Virus record (IMG/VR): IMGVR_UViG_3300025112_000005
Coordinates: 1 to 64,000 of that record
Strand: one strand, 5' to 3'
Length of the DNA stretch: 64,000 bases
Source: a virus
In this document: positions 38,208 to 46,593 of the stretch, in pieces
How positions within the stretch are numbered: the first letter of the stretch is position 1
Layout: every line of letters starts with the position of its first letter
The notes under the pieces: generated by a model
The model's database searches: none
What the model was told of the DNA's origin: nothing
Seen by the model: the letters and a program-made list of their open reading frames with translations, nothing else
Program-made: the position numbers and the translations under genes

Positions 38208-41200
38208 ATGAGTGGTGGCCGTGTCTATCGCGAGCGGGAGGCGGAGGGGCAGCTCGGCTTGTTTGGCCAGATGGTCCAGCAGGCGAAGCAGAAGAAGCCC
38301 CCCGCGCCCCGACCCCCCTCCCCCAAGCCGTCGGCCCCCCGCCCCCCTGCGGGCTACCACCCTGCGCCCCGGAGCCGTAAGAGCGGCTGGACGGACGGGC
38401 ACGGGCACTACTGGTACGCGACCGGGCAGCACAACCACGCGAGCGGCGGCGAGGAGCACCCCGAAGCCGAGGAGATGGAGAACGACCGGGCGATCGACCT
38501 GCACGACGACCAGATCCACGAGGAGCTGAACAACGGGCGTAGCTCGCAGCTCCGGCGCCGGAAGCTGAACCGGGAGAAGCGCCTACGCGCGAGCGCCGAG
38601 GAGCGCAGGCAGGCGGCGGAGAAGCCGAAGATCGGGCGCGTCGAGCACCCGAAGCCCGAGGAGCCCAAGCGCGGACGCGACGAGCTGGTGGAGGATGTGG
38701 ACGTTCAGTCCTACCCACACAAGCGCGGAGCAAAGCACTATGTGCGCGGAGCGTCGCGAGATGCGGTGCTGGTGAGGCTCCGCGAGATGGGGGCTTCGGA
38801 GGGTCAAATCGAGTGGGGGCGGGAGGGCACACGGGAAGGGGCGTACCTGGGGCGGTACGTAGGAGAGTGGAACGAGCTGACGCCGAAGCCCGAGGAGCCC
38901 AAGCGCGGACGCGACGAGCTGGTGGAGACGGCCGAGGAGCCCCAGCCCGAGCCCCCCGAGGCGCCCGGTGAGCCCCCGCCCCAGGTAGAGCCGCCCGAGC
39001 CCGAGAAGGAGGGCGAGAGCGGGTGGGAGGAGTGGCGAAAGAAGCACCCGGAGCACACCGACGCGGAGCGGTTCCACCGAGCTGAAGCACAGCGCACCGG
39101 CAGCGCCACGCACGAACAGGCGGCGCACGCTCACCAGACGGCCCGCCGAATCGGGGGCTACCACAAGGCCCGCGCGTGGGACATGTCCCGGCTGGCGTTC
39201 GACGAGAAGCCGAAGCCGCTGGTGGAGGAGCCGCCCGAGCCGGAGGCGCCCAAGGCCGAAGACGCGGACCTGACGCACGCAAAGCAGCTCATGCGAGACC
39301 ACATGACGCGTGCCGAGGAGTACCGGAAGCACGACGGCGCCGAGGAGGTTGTGCGCGCGCACAGCGCGGCGGCTGTGCTCTGGTCGCGCGTCGCCATCGG
39401 GGATGCCGACCGCGGCGATGCCATCGACGCGACCGCGGCGGCAGGCAAGGCGGAGCTGGCGTACACGGCTACCCCCCCCGCGGGGCCGGTGGAACCCCCT
39501 CGCGAGGAACCACCGGCCCCGCTCCCCCCGCCCAAAGGTATGCCCTTGCCTGATCCCTATCGTATCCGCACGGCGGGGGAGTATGCCCGGCTCCCTGTTG
39601 GGAGTGTGGTGGAGAAGAAGGGGGGCGGCGTGTATGTGAAGACGCCCCAGGGGGGATGGGTGCATCAGCACCCAGACACCGGCCTGCACGACAGCGGCGG
39701 CGGTCCGGGGGGTGAAACGAAGGTGCTCGACGAAAAAGAGGGGTTGCTCTCGCTCGTATCTCACGCCCAGGTGTTGCCCGATGTGGTTCATATCCCGGTG
39801 CCGGGGAAGACGTCTGAAGACGCCCACCGGGTGGGCGCGTTCCTGTTGAGCGAGGAGGGTCGCGAGGCGCTGGCCTCTCGCGGCGTTCGTGCCTCTGGCA
39901 TGTCGCTTGGTCCCGGCAATTCAATGATCTTCGTACACCGGACCCACGAAAAGCGCCCCGCCGACCCCCCCAGCGGTGTCGACACGCACGCGGGCGCGGT
40001 CAAGGCCGCGCGCTACGCGGACGGCGCGTTGCGCATCCCGATTCCGGCGCACGAGGGGGGGGCGAAGGCGGGCGCGAAGGCGCTGGGGATGTGGCTGATG
40101 GGGGCGGAGGGGCGCGCGGCGTTGGTGGCGCAAGCCGACCAGCTCGACGTGGTGCCCAACCTGCGCAAGATCCGCATCCAGAACGGGGAGATGGCGATCC
40201 TCGCGCGCCCGCTCACGGAGGCGGAGCTGAAGCAGCGGCGCGACGCGGCCAAGAAGCGCACACGGGGGCCGACGACGGGGGGCGGCGCGGCCCGCGGCAT
40301 CGACCGGACGCGCGAGGCGGCGCTGGCCGCCCGCGGGCAGGACGGCAAGACCGTGGCCGCCCAGGTCGAGAAGGATGAGCGTGATTGGGGCGAGAAGATC
40401 GGCGGTGCGGCAAAGGACCGCTGGGACGCCGTGCACAGCCGCAACCTGGGCGCGATGGAAGAGGAGGAGGGCGCGGAGTTCGCCCACAAGCACGTGACCA
40501 AGGCGCGCGTGCTGGGCTCCCATGACCCCGAGCACGACAAGGCGCTGGGGTCGACCCCGGGCGCGAGCCTCATCAAGCGCGAGCTGTTCAAGAAGGTGGC
40601 CCCGCGGCCCGAGAACAGCCCCGGGCACCGGAGCAACTACGTCGCCGGCTGCGATTGGCTGGCGAAGATGATGGACGTGCTGCACCACGAGGACGATGTG
40701 GCGTCGTTCTTGGAGGACTGGAAGACCGTCGCGGTTGAGGGGACCGAGCGGGACGTAGACGCGAAGACGTTCGCGGATCTGCGCGAGACGCTGGGCATTG
40801 TTCTTTGGAATAGGATGCACGTCATAGACCATCACGCCGCCCCCGGTCGCTGGAGGAAGTTTAGCGCGCAGGGCCAATGGTGGGCGCTGCCTGCTACGGA
40901 GGCCCCCGGGGGCAGCTTCAAAGTGCTGCACCACGAAGGCGAATTTACGCCGCGCGAACAGGCGGAGTGGTTGGTTGCCGAGCCCAAGCGCCGGGACGAG
41001 CTGCGCGCGCTGAAGAAATCGCGCGGGTCGTGGGCGCTCCATCGTCGGACGCAGGACACGGAGCGGCTACAGCGGTACGCACGGGCGTTGGGCGGGTCGT
41101 TCAACACCCAGCTCACCAACAGCACATCGGGAAACAAGGATTCGGCGCTGTGGGTGCGGGTGAAGCAGGCACGGGCGGGTAGCACGGCTTGGGAGGATCT

Positions 41201-42383
41201 GGGCGTCGGCGTCGACAAGGAGAAGAAGAAGCGCGACAAGAAGGGCAACGCGCCCCGCAGCTCCCACAAGTGGAAGGGCAGCGTGGAGGGCGCGGAGCGC
41301 AAGGGCGGCCCGGCTGTCCCCGCAGTGATCACCGAGGAGAAGCTGGCGGCCGACTTCGGCATCAAGCGCGGCGAGTACGGGCGCAGCATCGGGAGCACGG
41401 GGGAGCTGCACCTGCGCAAGTGCTACGAGGCGTTCACGGATCTGGCGGACCTGCTGGGGCTCGACGCGCCCCAGATGGGGAACGGCGGCGAGCTGGCGAT
41501 GGCGTTCGGCGCACGCGGGCGCGGCGGAGCCCGAGCGCACTACGAGACGGTGCGGAAGGTGATCAACATCACCAAGATGGCGGCGGGGTCGTTGGCTCAC
41601 GAGTGGGGGCATTACCTGGACGACCTGATGGGGGGGGCGGGGCTGACCGAGGTGAAGGGGCGGACGCAAGCGCAGTTCGCCAGCCACGGCCCCGAGCAGT
41701 ACGCCGAGGCGCTGGACCCGAAGCTCAAAGAGGCGATGATGGCGGTGCGCGCGGCCATTTTGAGCAAGGACCCGGAGGCGTCGCGACTTCGTGACAAGGC
41801 GCTGGAAAAGGCCCGGGGGCTGCACAGAGAAGCGCGCGAAGCATTCGACCAGCTCCGTGCGCTGTCGTACGGGGAGAAGCAAGGGGAGAAGGGTAGGGCG
41901 TTAGGACTGAAGCGCGAAGAGCTTCGGGTGCAGGCGGCGGCGGCGGACAGGGTGGCGGCGCAGCTCAAGGAGAAGGCGGAGAAGCCGAGCAAGTACGCGG
42001 CGGACGCCAAGAAGCTGGGCGGCTATTGGGAGCGCCCGCACGAGATGTTCGCGCGCGCGTTCGAGTCGTTCATTGAGGATTCGCTGGTCGAGCGCGGGCG
42101 TGTGTCCGACTACCTCGTGCAAGGGACCAAGCCGCTGCGCGACCTGTGGAAGAAGACCAAGGAGAAGGAAGGCCCGTTGTGGGACCGCACCGAGGTGGAG
42201 AAGAAGCACGAGGCGCTGGAGCCGTATCCGCAAGGGGATGAGCGGACGCGGATCAACACGGCGATGCGCGAGCTGGTGGAGGCGCTGAAGGGCTCGGATC
42301 ACTTGCGCAAAGGCTTGACCAGCTACGTCTATGGAAGCATCTTCGGCCAGATGGTGGCTGACCGACTGCTGGGGGTTACGTGA
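38208..42383 (+). CDS. Giant modular protein 3: LPD5/LPD1 large polyvalent protein with zincin motif
   Basis: DWGEKIGGAAKD; AFTDLADLLG...LAMAFGARG.G.ARAHYE...INITK..AGSLAHEWGHYLD; YW.RPHEMFARAFE; PYPQGDER. Confidence 0.85.
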   Translation: MSGGRVYREREAEGQLGLFGQMVQQAKQKKPPAPRPPSPKPSAPRPPAGYHPAPRSRKSGWTDGHGHYWYATGQHNHASGGEEHPEAEEMENDRAIDLHDDQIHEELNNGRSSQLRRRKLNREKRLRASAEERRQAAEKPKIGRVEHPKPEEPKRGRDELVEDVDVQSYPHKRGAKHYVRGASRDAVLVRLREMGASEGQIEWGREGTREGAYLGRYVGEWNELTPKPEEPKRGRDELVETAEEPQPEPPEAPGEPPPQVEPPEPEKEGESGWEEWRKKHPEHTDAERFHRAEAQRTGSATHEQAAHAHQTARRIGGYHKARAWDMSRLAFDEKPKPLVEEPPEPEAPKAEDADLTHAKQLMRDHMTRAEEYRKHDGAEEVVRAHSAAAVLWSRVAIGDADRGDAIDATAAAGKAELAYTATPPAGPVEPPREEPPAPLPPPKGMPLPDPYRIRTAGEYARLPVGSVVEKKGGGVYVKTPQGGWVHQHPDTGLHDSGGGPGGETKVLDEKEGLLSLVSHAQVLPDVVHIPVPGKTSEDAHRVGAFLLSEEGREALASRGVRASGMSLGPGNSMIFVHRTHEKRPADPPSGVDTHAGAVKAARYADGALRIPIPAHEGGAKAGAKALGMWLMGAEGRAALVAQADQLDVVPNLRKIRIQNGEMAILARPLTEAELKQRRDAAKKRTRGPTTGGGAARGIDRTREAALAARGQDGKTVAAQVEKDERDWGEKIGGAAKDRWDAVHSRNLGAMEEEEGAEFAHKHVTKARVLGSHDPEHDKALGSTPGASLIKRELFKKVAPRPENSPGHRSNYVAGCDWLAKMMDVLHHEDDVASFLEDWKTVAVEGTERDVDAKTFADLRETLGIVLWNRMHVIDHHAAPGRWRKFSAQGQWWALPATEAPGGSFKVLHHEGEFTPREQAEWLVAEPKRRDELRALKKSRGSWALHRRTQDTERLQRYARALGGSFNTQLTNSTSGNKDSALWVRVKQARAGSTAWEDLGVGVDKEKKKRDKKGNAPRSSHKWKGSVEGAERKGGPAVPAVITEEKLAADFGIKRGEYGRSIGSTGELHLRKCYEAFTDLADLLGLDAPQMGNGGELAMAFGARGRGGARAHYETVRKVINITKMAAGSLAHEWGHYLDDLMGGAGLTEVKGRTQAQFASHGPEQYAEALDPKLKEAMMAVRAAILSKDPEASRLRDKALEKARGLHREAREAFDQLRALSYGEKQGEKGRALGLKREELRVQAAAADRVAAQLKEKAEKPSKYAADAKKLGGYWERPHEMFARAFESFIEDSLVERGRVSDYLVQGTKPLRDLWKKTKEKEGPLWDRTEVEKKHEALEPYPQGDERTRINTAMRELVEALKGSDHLRKGLTSYVYGSIFGQMVADRLLGVT
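38649..38927. repeat. 45-bp direct repeats flanking a 189-bp in-frame insert
   Basis: ccgaagcccgaggagcccaagcgcggacgcgacgagctggtggag at 38649-38693 and 38883-38927. Confidence 0.95.
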
Positions 42384-44119
42384 GCTGGTGGGACCGCCTA
42401 CGGGGGCGTGAGCCGGCGCCCTTGGTGGGCAGCGAGGCGTTCACGGACGCGATGGTGGCGATGGCGGTTGACGCGCTGGCAAAGGCGCAGTCGTTGGAGC
42501 CCAAGGGGAAGGCCCCCGAGCCCCAGGCGCACGATATCGACCCGTGGGACGTGTACGCCGCGGTGGGCGATGAGGGGATGCTGGGCCAGCAGCACCTTGG
42601 CACCGCGGGGCTGGACTACACCACGCTCATGTCGATGGCGCGGGTGCCCACGATCGCGGGCATCATCCAAACGCGGGTGAACCAGATCGGGGAATTCGCG
42701 TGGCCCGCGTACGAGGAGGGCTCGCTGGGCTTCCAGATGCGGCTCCGCGACCGGGAGAAGACCCCGACCAAGGCACAGCAGAAGCGCATCCACGAGCTGA
42801 CGGATTGGATGGTGAGCTGCGGCGACGAGCGTATCGGCTTCGAGCTGAACATGGAGAGTTTCCTACGGATGCTCATGCGCGACTCGCTGACCTACGATCA
42901 GGCGACGTTCGAGGTGGTGCGCACGAAGGGCAAGGACGTGGCGGGGTTCGTGCTCGTGGACGCGTCCACGGTGCGCCGTGCGATCCCGACCGAGGAGGAG
43001 CGCGACGCGGGGATCCGGCGCAAGGACGACCAGATCGCGTTTGTGCAGATCTTGGGCGACGAGGTGGTGGCCGAGTGGACGGCGCGGGACCTTGCCTTCT
43101 GCGTGCGGCGCCCGCGGTCGGCAATCGCGATCCAGGGGTACGGCTACCCCGAGCTGGAAGACCTGATCCGGGTGATCACCAGCATCCTGCACGGCGAGAC
43201 CTACAACGCGAACAACTTCACGCACGGGATGCACACGGCGGGGATTCTGGCTCTCAAGAGCAAGATGAACCCGAAGATGTTCCGAGCGTTCCGGCGCGAG
43301 TTCTATGCGCTGATGAGCGGTGCGTACAACGCCAAGAAGACGCCAATCGTACAGCTCGACCCGGACGCGAAAGAGGAGCTGCAAGCTATCAACTTGAGCC
43401 AGTCCAACCGGGATATGGAATTCAAGGAGTGGATGGCATACCTCCAGAAAGTCGCGTGCTCGATCTACCAGATCGACCCCGCCGAGCTGGGCTTCGTCCA
43501 CGGGGCGGAGAACCAGACCGGCGCGCTCTCCCAAGGCGGCCCCGAAGCGCGCATCACTGCGTCGAAAGAGAAGGGGCTGCGCCCGCTGTTGCGTGGCGCC
43601 CAGGTGTGGCTCAACCGCTGGGTCGTGTCCCAGGTAGACCCGGACTTCGAGCTGGTTTTCGTCGGGCTCGACAAGGCCCGGCAAGATGCGCAGTTCGAGG
43701 CGGACCTGAAGCGGCTCAAGGGTTTTATGACGCCCAACGAAATTCGCGCGCGCTACGACCTGAAGCCCATTCCGCCCGAAGTCGACGGCGGCGCGGCCGA
43801 CATGATTCTGGATTCGTCGTACATGAACACGGCGATGCAGCTCCGCCAGATGGCCCAGATGGACGAGGAGGGCGGCGAGGAGCCCGGGGGCGGCGGGGGC
43901 GAGGAGCAGGGCGACGAGTCACAGGGCGAGGAGCCCGGCGAAGAGACCGATGCGTCGCAGGGCTGGGACATGGACGACGACGACGTGGACCTGGACGCGC
44001 TGTTCGGTGGACCCCAAGGCGATGAGCCCGACGACGACGACGACGACGACGAGGACGAGGACGAGGACGACGACGACGACGACGAGGACAAGGTGAAGAA
44101 GGCGCTGGTGGAGGTCTAG
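42380..44119 (+). CDS. Portal protein
   Basis: IIQTRVNQI, RDSLTYDQ, GYGYPELE, DMEFKEW, YQIDPAELGF, SKEKGLRPLL, TPNEIR; very acidic tail. Confidence 0.93.
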   Translation: MSWWDRLRGREPAPLVGSEAFTDAMVAMAVDALAKAQSLEPKGKAPEPQAHDIDPWDVYAAVGDEGMLGQQHLGTAGLDYTTLMSMARVPTIAGIIQTRVNQIGEFAWPAYEEGSLGFQMRLRDREKTPTKAQQKRIHELTDWMVSCGDERIGFELNMESFLRMLMRDSLTYDQATFEVVRTKGKDVAGFVLVDASTVRRAIPTEEERDAGIRRKDDQIAFVQILGDEVVAEWTARDLAFCVRRPRSAIAIQGYGYPELEDLIRVITSILHGETYNANNFTHGMHTAGILALKSKMNPKMFRAFRREFYALMSGAYNAKKTPIVQLDPDAKEELQAINLSQSNRDMEFKEWMAYLQKVACSIYQIDPAELGFVHGAENQTGALSQGGPEARITASKEKGLRPLLRGAQVWLNRWVVSQVDPDFELVFVGLDKARQDAQFEADLKRLKGFMTPNEIRARYDLKPIPPEVDGGAADMILDSSYMNTAMQLRQMAQMDEEGGEEPGGGGGEEQGDESQGEEPGEETDASQGWDMDDDDVDLDALFGGPQGDEPDDDDDDDEDEDEDDDDDDEDKVKKALVEV

Positions 44120-46593
44120 TGCTCGACCGCATCCTGGGAGAGCTGGAGAACCACGAGCGGTGGGCGCGGTGGCACGAGGGCACGCGCCGGGGCGACTGGC
44201 ACCAGCGGCAGATCCAACGCATCACCGAGCGACTGGCCAAGTGCGAACGGCGCCCCGTAACCGGCGCCCCCTTCCACGACATGCTCGCCAAGGCGCGAGC
44301 GCACAAGTACATCCGGCGCGTGCCCAAGCCGGGCGGGGGCTACCGCTACTTCTACGACGTGGCGGGGGCTCGCGGGCTCGCGCACAATGATGAGCTGGTC
44401 GAGGGCGCGAAGTTCAAGCACGAGGGCGGGCACATCGAGGTTGTCGCCCAGCACGGTGACCGGGTGCAGATCCGGCACGACGAGTCGGGCGAGACCCTGA
44501 CCGTTGACCGGGAGGAGCTGCGCCAGAAGCTCCACGAGTACCACGCGGAGAGCATCGCCGAGCACAAAGAGAAGACGCGGCGCAGCCTGGAGGAGACGGG
44601 CCGCCACGGGAGCGAACGGCAGAAGGCCCGCGAGGAGAAGAGGGCCGCCCGGTACGCGTATTGGGATGCTCCCGCGGTGCGGGCGCTGCTGTACCCCAAG
44701 CCCGCGGGGCTGGAGCATGAGCCCGCGCGCTCCAAGCCCGTTCACGTCGTCCCGTACAGCCAGATTGACCGCACCTGGGAGCGTGATATCCCCGCGCTGG
44801 CGAAGGCGGGGCTGAAGACGTACGACGACCTGCACAAAGCCGGGCCGGACAAGATCGCCGCGGTGCTGGGGCGGGGGCGGCGAGACGCCGCGCAGCAGCT
44901 TTGGCGCACGGCGGACATGCGCAGCGGGTCGAGCAAGGCGCGCGCGAAGAAGCTGCACGAGACCGACCACCCCGATTGGGTGCCGGATCTGAGTCAGTAC
45001 GACGTGATTCTGGTGAACACGTCCGGGGGCAAAGACTCCCAGGCGATGATGGACCGGACGCTGGAGCTGGTCGATTCGCAGGGCATCGACCGAGCCAAGG
45101 TGGTCGCCGTACACGCCGACCTGGGGCGCGTCGAGTGGGAGGGCACCAAAGAGCTGGCCCAGGCGCAGAGCGACCACTACGGCATTCGCATGGAAGTGGT
45201 GAAGCGCCAGAAGAACGACCTGCTTCAGCACATCGAGCAGCGGTACTACCAGCTCACGAACCGGATCGCGGACACCAAGGCGCTGGGCGGGCTGGAGACC
45301 TGGGGCGACCTGTACGACATGCTCCCCGAGCCGAAGGGGAAAGGCGCCGCGGAGGAGCGGCGTTGGAAGGCGGAGAAGGCGGCACTGGCAGAGCAGATCG
45401 CCGCGCGGCTCCCCGATGCGCACACCGATTTTTGGCCGCCCGACTTCGAGGGCAACCCGAGCCTGCACCACACCGTCGACAAGCTGATCCGTGCGAAGTA
45501 CATCGTGGACAGCGCGGTGAGGAATCGGAACGCGGCTACCAAGTGGGCGGCCAAGAGCGAGAAGGCCAAGGCGAAGGACAAGCGGCCGAAGCTGGCGGGG
45601 GATTCGCTGGATTGGGGGATGCCGAACCCCTGGCCGGACAGCGGGGCGCGGTTCTGCACTAGCGAGCACAAGCGCGCCAGCATCCGAGCGCTGATCACGA
45701 ATCTGGTGACGGCGCACAAGAAGGCCAACCCCGGCACGGGCAAGCCGCGCATCCTCAACACGATGGGGTTGCGTGCGCAGGAGTCGAGCGAGCGCGCAAA
45801 TAAGCTGCTGTTCGAGCACGACAAGGACACCAGCTCCGGCGCGCGGTCGGTGGACACGTACTTGCCGATCAGTGGGTGGTCCGAAGAGGAGGTGTGGGAC
45901 CGAATCCGTGAATCGGGCGTTCCGCACCACGTCGCCTATGAGCTGGGGATGCGGCGGCTGTCGTGCGTGTTCTGCGTGTTCGCGGACGGGCACGACCTGC
46001 TGACCGCGGCGGCCAACAACCCCAACCTGTTCAAGCAATACGTGGAGCTGGAGAGGCGCTCCGGGTTCACGTACCAGCAAGGCAAGTTCGCCAAGGAAGA
46101 CGCGGCGAAGATGGCGGAGTCACACCCCGCGTACGCGTCGTTGGCGGGGAAGCCCAAGAGCTTCGCGGCGGTCGACGAGGCGCTGAAGACGTTCGCGGCG
46201 GAGAACCCCGAGGGGTTCCGCGTGATGCAGCAGATCGCCGAAAAGAAGAAGGAACAGCACGCGGTGCTGGGGCTGGTCGCCAGCGACGACCTACGGGCGC
46301 TTCTGAAGGCGCTGGGCGTCGATGACGACGACGGTACGCACACCCTGCTGTCGGCGCTGCACCACAACCTCGCGCAGCTCCGCAAGGCGGGGATGAAGGT
46401 GCACGCGGTGCAGTACGATTACCGCCCCAGCGGCGCGGTGGTGCAGCTCGACACGGAGCACGACTCGTTCTTCTGCGGCTCGCTCCCCTACCCAGAAGCC
46501 TACGCAGGAAGCACCGCAGCGGCTATCATGGCGCGGGCCGCGGGACTCGACTACGAGGAGCACGGTAGCCCCGATCAGCAGGAGGCGGTGTGA
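44119..46593 (+). CDS. Giant modular protein 4: PAPS-reductase-like (PP-loop) domain
   Basis: SGGKDS, HADLG..EW, WP...RFCTSEHK, GLRAQES..R, LPI..W.E.EVW, RLSCVFC; N-terminal LAKA + KYIRRVPKPGGGYRYFY tag. Confidence 0.88.
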   Translation: MLDRILGELENHERWARWHEGTRRGDWHQRQIQRITERLAKCERRPVTGAPFHDMLAKARAHKYIRRVPKPGGGYRYFYDVAGARGLAHNDELVEGAKFKHEGGHIEVVAQHGDRVQIRHDESGETLTVDREELRQKLHEYHAESIAEHKEKTRRSLEETGRHGSERQKAREEKRAARYAYWDAPAVRALLYPKPAGLEHEPARSKPVHVVPYSQIDRTWERDIPALAKAGLKTYDDLHKAGPDKIAAVLGRGRRDAAQQLWRTADMRSGSSKARAKKLHETDHPDWVPDLSQYDVILVNTSGGKDSQAMMDRTLELVDSQGIDRAKVVAVHADLGRVEWEGTKELAQAQSDHYGIRMEVVKRQKNDLLQHIEQRYYQLTNRIADTKALGGLETWGDLYDMLPEPKGKGAAEERRWKAEKAALAEQIAARLPDAHTDFWPPDFEGNPSLHHTVDKLIRAKYIVDSAVRNRNAATKWAAKSEKAKAKDKRPKLAGDSLDWGMPNPWPDSGARFCTSEHKRASIRALITNLVTAHKKANPGTGKPRILNTMGLRAQESSERANKLLFEHDKDTSSGARSVDTYLPISGWSEEEVWDRIRESGVPHHVAYELGMRRLSCVFCVFADGHDLLTAAANNPNLFKQYVELERRSGFTYQQGKFAKEDAAKMAESHPAYASLAGKPKSFAAVDEALKTFAAENPEGFRVMQQIAEKKKEQHAVLGLVASDDLRALLKALGVDDDDGTHTLLSALHHNLAQLRKAGMKVHAVQYDYRPSGAVVQLDTEHDSFFCGSLPYPEAYAGSTAAAIMARAAGLDYEEHGSPDQQEAV

